From Armatimonadota bacterium (GTDB taxonomy: Bacteria > Armatimonadota > Zipacnadia > Zipacnadales > UBA5352), in assembly GCA_034722055.1 (NCBI GenBank), contig JAYENL010000128.1:21928-36085 (forward strand): DNA of 14,158 nt. Direction: 5' to 3'. Of the stretch, positions 7,679 to 14,158 are shown in pieces; the first letter of the stretch is position 1, and the number at the start of each line of letters is the position of its first letter. A program made the position numbers and the translations under genes. A model generated the notes under the pieces. It was not told the DNA's origin. It was given only the letters and a program-made list of their open reading frames with translations, and searched no databases.

Positions 7679-9166
7679 ATGTCAGGGGAGATGCAGGAGT
7701 GGGAGGAGCAGCCTGCACCGGTGCGCCGTTTCGTGTTGGATGCGGAGTACCTGGGACTGGAGGCTGAGGTGTATCCGGCGATCGTGGATGTGCTGGAGGA
7801 GGTCTTCGAGGGCGGATACACGGAGGCGGCGCTGTGCTGGGGGATCGGAGCGGGGAAGTCCTACGCCGCGAGTCTGGCGATCGCTTACCAGCTCCACAGG
7901 GCGCTGTGTCTGCGGGAGCCGCAGCGGCATTTCGGGCTCGGTGAGGGGAGCATGATCAGCTTCCTGAACATGTCCACGAATGCCGACCAGGCGCGGCGTG
8001 TGGTGTTCGGCGAGATACTACGGCGCATCGAGCGCTCGCCGTGGTTCGAGAAGCACACGCCGAAGGTGATGAGCCGGGAGCTGCGCTTCCCGAAGGACAT
8101 AGTGGTGATCTGCGGCAACTCGGCAGAGACGTATCCGCTGGGCTACAACATACTGGGCGCGGTTATCGACGAGGCGAGCTGGTTGCTGGAGACGGCGGGT
8201 GGGCGACGGGACTCGGCGGAGGAGATATACAACGCATTGCAGCGGCGGATTCGGAGCCGGTTCCTGGACCGGGGCCTGCTGGTCATGATCTCCTCGCCGC
8301 GGCACCGGGGGGACTTCCTGGAGCGGAAGCTGGAGGAGGCGAAAGAGAATCCGAGGATCTACGCGTCGCGGAAGGCGACCTGGGAGCTGAAGCCGGAGGA
8401 CGCCTACTGTGGCGAGAGGTTTGAGTGCGAGGGGCTGATGGTGCCGGTGGAGTATCGGCCGGAGTTCAGGCGCAACAAGCTCCGGGCGCTGCGCGACCTG
8501 GCGGCGCGGCCAGCGGAGGCCTTCGAGCCGTTCATCCGGGACGCGACGGTCCTGGAGCGAGCCATCGATGACAGCATCCCTGAAGCGTTTGACGACCGCG
8601 GGCGGCTGCTGCCGGAGTACCGAACGGAAGACCGGCAGCCGCGATTCGTGCACGTTGACCTGGGGCTGAGCCGGGACGCGTGCGGGATCGCAATGGCGCA
8701 CTGCGAGCCATGCCCGGAAGGTGGGGACGGGCCGGTGGTCATCGTGGACCTGATGCGGCGGATCGAGCCACCAGAAGGAGGGGAGCTGCAGTTCGCCGGG
8801 GTTCGGGAGCTGATCCTGACCCTGGCCGACAGGGGCTTCCGGATCGAGCAGGTGAGCTTCGACGGCTACGAAAGCGCGGACAGCAGGCAGATCCTGAAGC
8901 GGAGGGGCCTGAAGGTCAAGCTGGTGTCAGTGGACCGCAGCGTTGAGGCCTACGAGACCCTGAAGGAGCTGCTCAATGAGGGTCGGCTGCGATGGTACCG
9001 CTACGAGCCTGTGCTGCAGGAGTGCAAGGGCCTGGAGCTGGTGCAGGGGCGGAAGGTGGATCACAGGCAGGGGGGATCGAAGGACGTCGCTGACGCGGTG
9101 GCCGGCGCAGTGAGCGAGGCGGTGAACCGCTGGCAGGGCGGGGAGATGCGGGCGGTGATCGTGTGA
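7679..9166 (+). CDS. Phage terminase large subunit (495 aa; alternative start 7574)
   Basis: Walker A 'WGIGAGKS', motif 'NMSTNADQA', Walker B 'GAVIDEAS', coupling region 'MISSP', RNase H-like nuclease acidic residues in 'HVDLG', 'SFDGY', 'KVDH..GSKDVADA'. AAGGAGG 6 nt before ATG 7679. Confidence 0.9.
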   Translation: MSGEMQEWEEQPAPVRRFVLDAEYLGLEAEVYPAIVDVLEEVFEGGYTEAALCWGIGAGKSYAASLAIAYQLHRALCLREPQRHFGLGEGSMISFLNMSTNADQARRVVFGEILRRIERSPWFEKHTPKVMSRELRFPKDIVVICGNSAETYPLGYNILGAVIDEASWLLETAGGRRDSAEEIYNALQRRIRSRFLDRGLLVMISSPRHRGDFLERKLEEAKENPRIYASRKATWELKPEDAYCGERFECEGLMVPVEYRPEFRRNKLRALRDLAARPAEAFEPFIRDATVLERAIDDSIPEAFDDRGRLLPEYRTEDRQPRFVHVDLGLSRDACGIAMAHCEPCPEGGDGPVVIVDLMRRIEPPEGGELQFAGVRELILTLADRGFRIEQVSFDGYESADSRQILKRRGLKVKLVSVDRSVEAYETLKELLNEGRLRWYRYEPVLQECKGLELVQGRKVDHRQGGSKDVADAVAGAVSEAVNRWQGGEMRAVIV

Positions 9167-9191
9167 CGGAAACGGTAGGCAGCGGCAGGAC

Positions 9192-9325
9192 GCGCGGGCG
9201 AGGGCGCCCGCGCCCCAGTAGTTACTTCAGGGCAATGCGGGGGCGAGGGCGCCCGGTGACGCCTGTGAGTGCAGCCAACCGGTGAGACCGGAGGTCTGCC
9301 AAGGTTCCATGCCGGTCCAGGACGC
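9192..9325 (-). repeat. REP-like hairpin plus an inverted, insertion-bearing copy of the A/B repeat
   Basis: GCGCGGGCG-aggg-CGCCCGCGC (9192-9213). The reverse complement of 9249-9325 reads GCGTCCTGGACCGGCATGGAACCTT...GCTGCACTCACAGGCGTCACCGGGCGC, matching copy B. Confidence 0.8.
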
Positions 9326-9341
9326 ATCTGTGCCCAGAGCG

Positions 9342-9419
9342 AAACGGCGTGCAGGCGGGGGCGCCTGCACTACTTAACGGGTGGGGCAGGCGGGGCGCGT
9401 GCACTACTTAACGGGTAGG
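9342..9419 (-). repeat. Tandem pair of GTAG-footed REP-like units ending in CTACTTAACGG
   Basis: GTGCAGGCG-gggg-CGCCTGCAC-TACTTAACGGGT (9349-9382), a degenerate duplicate at 9386-9419, and a third copy at 11671-11709. Confidence 0.8.
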
Positions 9420-9492
9420 TGGGACGCACCCAGTTGGCGATCACTCGGGGCGCTGAGGGTAGCGCCTCGCTTTCATTTGCGGAGGTGGTGCC

Positions 9493-10728
9493 ATGCAGGA
9501 CGAGCTGATGAATGCTCACATCGTGGGGGCAGAGCCCCAGCGGGGCAAGAGCCAGCAGCTCCCCGAGGAGAGCTGGCGGGAGTCCTACGACAGCGGCGAG
9601 GTGAAGGAACCGCCCTACTCGCTGACGGCACTGGCGGAGCTATACGAGATGAACTCCACCCACAAGGCCTGTGTCGATGCGAAGACGACGAACATCGTGG
9701 GCCTGGGATACCGGTTTGTGGCGGTGCGTTCAGGCGCGAGTGAGGAGGAGCGGGGCCGGCTGGAGCACCTCTTCGGGTCATGCAACCCGCAGATGACCTT
9801 CACTGAGGTCATGCGGGCGGTGTGGACCGATGTGGAGACCGTGGGCAACGGGTACCTGGAGATCACCCGGAACTCGGAGGGAGAGATCGACGGGTTCTAT
9901 CACGTCCCAGCGACGACGGTGCGGGTGAGGAGCGACCGGAGCGGGTTCGTACAGATTCGGGATGGGCGGAAGCAGCGATTCCGGGCGCTGGGATCGGAAC
10001 CGCGCATCGATGACGAGACCGGGCAGGCGGAGAACGAGATTCTGCACGTGCGGAAGTACACGCCGCAATCGACCTACTACGGGATTCCGGACATCCTGCC
10101 GGCGGTGAGCGCGGTGGCGGGGGACCGTGCGGCGGCGGAGTACAACGTGAGCTTTTTCGAGCACAACGCGGTGCCGCGGATGGCGGTGATCGTGGAGGGC
10201 GGACCGGCCTCGAAGGAGCTGCTGCAACAGGTGCGGCGCTTCATGGAGACCGAGATCAAGGGGCAGGCCCACAAGACTCTGATACTGGAAGTGCCTGGTG
10301 GGGACACGAAGGTGCGGCTGGAGCGTCTGGGTCAGGTGGATGGCGACGACGCGGGGTTCCTGGACTACCGGAGGGCGAACCGGGATGAGATCCTGATGGT
10401 GCACCGCGTCCCTCCGAGCAAAATCACGATCGTGGAGAACGCGAACCTGGCGAACAGCCGGGACCAGGACAAGACCTTCCGCGAGCAGGTTGTGCGGCCC
10501 GAGCAGCGGCGGGTGGAGTTCCAGATGAACCGGATGATCCGGGAGCAGATGGGGATCGAGGACTGGGAGTTCCGCTTCCGGGAGATGGATTTGAGCGAGG
10601 AGCTGCAGCAGGCGGAGATCGCGAAGATCTACGTGGACATCGGGGTGTGGACGGCTGACGAGGTACGCGCAAGGCAGGGCCTGCAGCCGCTGGCTGAGAG
10701 GGATCGGAGCGACGAGCCAAGCGAGTGA
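9493..10728 (+). CDS. Phage portal protein, PBSX-family-like (411 aa)
   Basis: 'EPPYSLTALAELYEMNSTHKACVDAK..NIVGLG', 'GNGYLEITRN', 'YYGIPD', 'YNVSFFEHNAVP', 'ILMVHRVPP', 'TADEVR'. GGAGGTG RBS. Confidence 0.93.
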   Translation: MQDELMNAHIVGAEPQRGKSQQLPEESWRESYDSGEVKEPPYSLTALAELYEMNSTHKACVDAKTTNIVGLGYRFVAVRSGASEEERGRLEHLFGSCNPQMTFTEVMRAVWTDVETVGNGYLEITRNSEGEIDGFYHVPATTVRVRSDRSGFVQIRDGRKQRFRALGSEPRIDDETGQAENEILHVRKYTPQSTYYGIPDILPAVSAVAGDRAAAEYNVSFFEHNAVPRMAVIVEGGPASKELLQQVRRFMETEIKGQAHKTLILEVPGGDTKVRLERLGQVDGDDAGFLDYRRANRDEILMVHRVPPSKITIVENANLANSRDQDKTFREQVVRPEQRRVEFQMNRMIREQMGIEDWEFRFREMDLSEELQQAEIAKIYVDIGVWTADEVRARQGLQPLAERDRSDEPSE

Positions 10729-10763
10729 TGAGAGAGCGGAGCGGAGATGACGGAGGTGATCCG

Positions 10764-11615
10764 ATGGCCGTACCTGAGGGACCTGGAAGCTTTGCGGTGA
10801 CGATGCCGCTGGCGAAGGTGTGGGAGGACGAGGACGGCGAGATGCGGTTCGAGGGAGTGGCGTCCTCGACGAGCCTCGATCGCCAGCAGGAACGGATGAC
10901 ACGAAACGCGATCAGGAAGATGACCGAGCAGACCGGCCTGGATGTGTTGCCATCGCACAGTGCCGGCCCGCTGGAAGAGCTGGGCCTGGTGGAGGAGGCG
11001 TGGGCCGACAACGACCAGTTTCGAGTGGCAGGTCGGCTGGACAAGACCAATCCGCGGTCGCGACGGCTCTTCGAGAAGGTGCTTGGCGGTCGGCGCTACG
11101 GGCTGAGCGTCGGGGGACGGGTGACGAAGGCGTTCTGGCGCTACGACGAGGAGGTCGGCAAGCAGATCCGATTCATCGATGACGTGAAGCTGGACCACGT
11201 AGCGGTGTGCCGGCCGGACGCGGCAGCGAACCCGGACACGTATCTGTCGGTGCTGGCGAAGGCCGCGGAGGGGATCATGGACGGTCCGCCGGACACGCGA
11301 GATGAGGAAGCGGTGCTGACGCGTATCGGACGTGCGGCGGTGGAGGCCACACGAGCGCTGTGGCCGTTCGCGAGAACGGATGACGATGACGGTGAGGTGA
11401 AGCCCGGGCCGGTGAGCCTGGAGGAAGAGCTCGCGGAGCTGACGGAGCTGCGCAAGAGCGTGGAGGACGCCCTCGAAGAGCTTGAGAGCGCCCTGACGGA
11501 GCTGCGGAAGGCTGACGAGGAGCACAATGAGATGCCGTCGCGCGAGGGGCGTTCGATGGCGCTGCCCGGACAGGAGGCGCCGGAGAAGGGCGGCATGTGG
11601 AGGGACGTGATCTAG
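10764..11615 (+). CDS. Prohead (maturation) protease with C-terminal coiled-coil/scaffold region (283 aa; alternative start 10725)
   Basis: 'FEGVASSTSLDRQQE', His in 'LPSHS', Ser in 'GLSVGG', 'LDHVAV...AANPDT' typical of HK97-type prohead proteases. Heptad-rich acidic C-terminus. GGAGGTGA before ATG 10764. Confidence 0.85.
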   Translation: MAVPEGPGSFAVTMPLAKVWEDEDGEMRFEGVASSTSLDRQQERMTRNAIRKMTEQTGLDVLPSHSAGPLEELGLVEEAWADNDQFRVAGRLDKTNPRSRRLFEKVLGGRRYGLSVGGRVTKAFWRYDEEVGKQIRFIDDVKLDHVAVCRPDAAANPDTYLSVLAKAAEGIMDGPPDTRDEEAVLTRIGRAAVEATRALWPFARTDDDDGEVKPGPVSLEEELAELTELRKSVEDALEELESALTELRKADEEHNEMPSREGRSMALPGQEAPEKGGMWRDVI

Positions 11616-11643
11616 GACCGGAGTTGATGATCGGGATGGTGTT

Positions 11644-12195
11644 GGGCCGAAGGTTCCATCCCGGCCCGGTAAAGGGCGCGCAGGCGGGGGGGGCGTGCGC
11701 TACTTAACGAATGGGCCGGGGGTGGAACCTGGGAGGTCCTTCGCTAGGCTTCGGACCTCCCACCGCTCGCCAGGCTCGCGGCGGCCCCTCCAGGGTGGTT
11801 CCTCCATGATGGCGGGACGGCAGCCACAGTGACGCTGCATGATACGCGAGTTTCCGCCAGGGAGCACTATGTCACGCTTGCAGCACGATGCCGTCGCCGC
11901 CGGCACCGGGGAGCCCGTGCGGCACCGGCCGGGCCGGAAACGGAGGTATCGACCGAACGCCTTCAAACGGCGGGCCGGACAGTGGTCCGGCCCCTCCATA
12001 CGGCACCTGTCCCCGGATGGGTCGAGCTTTCAGCCCGACGGGGCCTCGCGCCTTCCGCGCAGGTAGGCCCTCCAGCCCCGGCAATGACCGGGCGGGAGCT
12101 GGGTGCTTGGCTGGCTGGAGGGTGTGTGGCGGCCCCTCCATGTTGGCCCGATAGCAGCCATAGTGAGGCTGCACAGTGCGCGAGCTTGTGCCACT
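11644..12195. repeat. Cluster of REP-like hairpins filling the protease-capsid spacer
   Basis: Inverted 24-mer of copy B (11644-11667, 23/24), CTACTTAACG unit (11671-11709), expanded unit (11713-11792), minimal unit (11972-11998), 39-bp direct repeat 11801-11839/12135-12173, inverted repeat CCCTCCAGCC/GGCTGGAGGG (12068-12122). Confidence 0.8.
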
Positions 12196-12320
12196 GAGCA
12201 GCAGTACTTAGCGGGGGGCAGGAGCGCGCCATGCTGTGGTTGACGGCAAAGGAGAGGTGAGATGAGAGAGCAGACCGAGGTGGGCGCGATCACAGGCGTG
12301 AGGCGAAGGGAGTGCTGGTT

Positions 12321-13262
12321 TTGGGTCAGGAGGAGATGCTGCAAAAGGCAATCGACACCACGGACCTGGCCGGCGGCGGGCTGCTGTCCACGGGGCAGGC
12401 GGAGCGCTTCGTGGACCTGTCGCTGGACCAGTCGGTGATGCTCAGGGACGCTCGGGTGGTACGGATGCGCAGCGCGGTAATGGAGCTTGACAAGATCGCG
12501 ACCAGCGGTCGGGTCAGCCAGCTCCGGACCGAAGGGGTGGCACCGGCGTCGCTGAGCGAGCCGAGCTTCTCGAAGGTGACGCTGACCGCGGTGGACATCA
12601 TCACCCCGTTCGAGATCACGATGGAGGCGCTGGAGGACAGCATCGAGCGCGGGGACCTGGAGGACACCGTGATCCGGGTGATGGCGCGTCAGACGGCGAC
12701 GGACCTGGAGGAGCTGGCGATTCAGGGGGACACGGGGTCGGCGGACGAGTTCCTGCAGGGCCTGGACGGCTGGCGAGTGCTGTCCAACGACGGTCATCTG
12801 GTGGACTTCCTGGGTGCGACGTTGGACAAGTCCGGGCTGGCGTCGATGTACAAGGCGCTGCCGAACCGCTACAAGCGGAATCAGGGGGAACTGAGGTTCT
12901 ATTTCGCGCCAGCGGCGGTTCAGGACTGGCACGATACGTTCAGTGACCGGGCCAGCGCGCTGGGGGACGAGGCGCTGACGAGCGCGGCAGCGCCTCCGTA
13001 CATGGGCGTGCCGGTGGTCTCGGTGCCGAACATCCCGACGGATCAGGAGGGCGTGGAGGGGTACTCGGGGTCGGATCTGACCTACGGGTTCCTGACGCCC
13101 CGTGAGAACCTGGTGTTCGGGATTCACCGTGACATCCGGATCGACAAGGACCGCGACATCCTGCGGGGCGTGAACATCTACACGATCACGACTCGGGTGG
13201 CGGTGGAGTTCGAGGAGGACGACGCGGTGGTCGTAGCGGTGAACGTGGCGAAGAGCGCGTAG
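12321..13262 (+). CDS. Major capsid protein, PBSX XkdG-like (HK97 fold), about 313 aa
   Basis: 'QEEMLQKAIDTTDLAGGGLL..QAERF', 'LEDSIE', 'DLEELAIQGDT', 'LDGW', 'LPNRY', 'RFY', 'NLVFGIHRDIRI', 'FEEDDAVV' match my recollection of B. subtilis XkdG along its length. Start placed at TTG 12321 after AAGGGAGTG (alternatives 12312, 12336). Confidence 0.92.
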   Translation: MGQEEMLQKAIDTTDLAGGGLLSTGQAERFVDLSLDQSVMLRDARVVRMRSAVMELDKIATSGRVSQLRTEGVAPASLSEPSFSKVTLTAVDIITPFEITMEALEDSIERGDLEDTVIRVMARQTATDLEELAIQGDTGSADEFLQGLDGWRVLSNDGHLVDFLGATLDKSGLASMYKALPNRYKRNQGELRFYFAPAAVQDWHDTFSDRASALGDEALTSAAAPPYMGVPVVSVPNIPTDQEGVEGYSGSDLTYGFLTPRENLVFGIHRDIRIDKDRDILRGVNIYTITTRVAVEFEEDDAVVVAVNVAKSA

Positions 13263-13279
13263 GTGCGAGCCCAGAGGGA

Positions 13280-13309
13280 GCGGGGGCGGCCGGAGGAGGC
13301 CGCCCCCGC
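13280..13309 (+). terminator. Strong GC stem-loop after the capsid gene (attenuator / mRNA stabiliser; no U-tract)
   Basis: Perfect 12-bp stem GCGGGGGCGGCC-ggagga-GGCCGCCCCCGC, 17 nt after the stop codon. Confidence 0.55.
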
Positions 13310-13395
13310 AGTGTGACTCGGTGCCGTGAGCGCCGAGGGAAGATGGGCATTGAGGACGGAGACCTGGCGCAAGCGGCAGTCGGAGGTGTCAGCAA

Positions 13396-14158
13396 TTGGC
13401 TCGACCGCAGATGCTGTACGTGGGCAAGAAGGGGGCGGTGACGTATCCGGCAATCGGGAACGTGGAGACGGGTGCAGGAAGCAAGGGGACGCTGGCCTTC
13501 TGGTATCACCCGTCAGCGGAGGGACAGCACTGTCACGTGGTGGAGGTAACGGCTGATCCTGAGAACTGGCTGATAATCCGCCGAGACCAGACGGAGTGGG
13601 TGCTGCAGGCGTACAGCTCCGGGTCCCTGGCGATGGTGATTTCGACCTCGATTCCGGTGGCCTGGCGGCATGTGGTTGCCACGTGGGACTTCACGACGCC
13701 GGGTGACGGGGTGCTGCGATTGTATCTGGATGGCGAGGAGGTGCCGGAGTCGCCAGCGACGGGGGCGCCTGAGCTGCAGGGCCCGCCGGACACCATCTAC
13801 GTGGGGCCGGGCCCGGCGAACCCGTACGCCCTGGCGCATGGGTGCTACGACCAGCTTGCCATCTGGAATGACATCATGACGCCGGAGCAGGTGGCGGACC
13901 TGCACGACGCGGGGCGGGTGCACATTCCGGAGAGTGAGGATGGCTCCGGGGCGATGCTCTTCCGGGCCTCGTGGGATGAGCAGTATGACGCGGAGGTCGC
14001 GGAGGGAGACGGGACGGCAGGCTTCGAGGGAGCGGTGGACCAGTACTGCCGGCTGGACTGCGGCAGTCGGCACCGTGGGAAGCGGTTTGCCTACCGGATC
14101 GGCACGCCGAGGCACGACGGCAGCGAGGACGACCGGGTGCCACTGATGGCGGTGCTGC
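13396..14158 (+). CDS. LamG/concanavalin-like jelly-roll domain protein, 3' end outside the window (absent from the ORF track)
   Basis: Frame open from TTG 13396 (GGAGGTG 7 nt upstream) to the window end: MARPQMLYVGKKGAVTYPAIGNV...GTLAFWYHP...WRHVVATWD...VLRLYLDG...TIYVG...YDQLAIWNDIMTPEQVADL, the usual LamG-like signature. Confidence 0.85.
   Translation, partial: MARPQMLYVGKKGAVTYPAIGNVETGAGSKGTLAFWYHPSAEGQHCHVVEVTADPENWLIIRRDQTEWVLQAYSSGSLAMVISTSIPVAWRHVVATWDFTTPGDGVLRLYLDGEEVPESPATGAPELQGPPDTIYVGPGPANPYALAHGCYDQLAIWNDIMTPEQVADLHDAGRVHIPESEDGSGAMLFRASWDEQYDAEVAEGDGTAGFEGAVDQYCRLDCGSRHRGKRFAYRIGTPRHDGSEDDRVPLMAVL

Larger units (their letters stand above)
7679..14158 (+). mobile_element. Phage-derived head morphogenesis module (terminase-portal-protease/scaffold-capsid-LamG), probably domesticated; continues beyond the window
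   Basis: Canonical head gene order, all on the + strand, directly adjoining host genes, with no integrase, att site or early genes seen. Confidence 0.75.

Noticed and set aside
11829..12197. ORFs in the protease-capsid spacer
   Set aside because: Low-complexity translations of hairpin repeats with no clear RBS or recognisable domain.
2211..13127. Long antisense ORFs (2211-3173, 4223-5374, 6072-7067, 9778-10902, 12030-13127)
   Set aside because: Expected shadows of real genes in high-GC DNA.
12321..13262. Encapsulin nanocompartment
   Set aside because: The presence of portal, terminase and prohead protease indicates a DNA-packaging head, not an encapsulin.
13343..13441. 32-codon ORF MGIEDGDLAQ after the capsid
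   Set aside because: It overlaps the RBS and start of the LamG gene in another frame and is too short to support.

Overview
High-GC bacterial chromosomal DNA. The left half (1-7200) holds host envelope/metabolic genes: an M14 zinc carboxypeptidase, two divergent GT9 (heptosyltransferase-like) glycosyltransferases, a sugar-phosphate isomerase/epimerase TIM barrel and a PMT/ArnT-like membrane glycosyltransferase. From about 7680 to the window end is a phage head module on the + strand: large terminase, PBSX-type portal, prohead protease with a scaffold-like tail, PBSX XkdG-like major capsid, then a LamG-like protein cut by the window edge. No integrase, repressor, replication or recognisable small-terminase gene precedes it. 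Its genes look intact and host-like, but the spacers are long (326 and 705 bp) and carry the same REP-like hairpin repeats found between the host genes. My inference is a long-domesticated capsid system (GTA/PBSX-like) rather than a recent prophage. Most larger intergenic gaps contain GT(A/G)G-footed palindromes, several with expanded multi-hairpin interiors, and there is one 21-unit heptamer array. All family assignments come from motif recognition by eye, not database searches.
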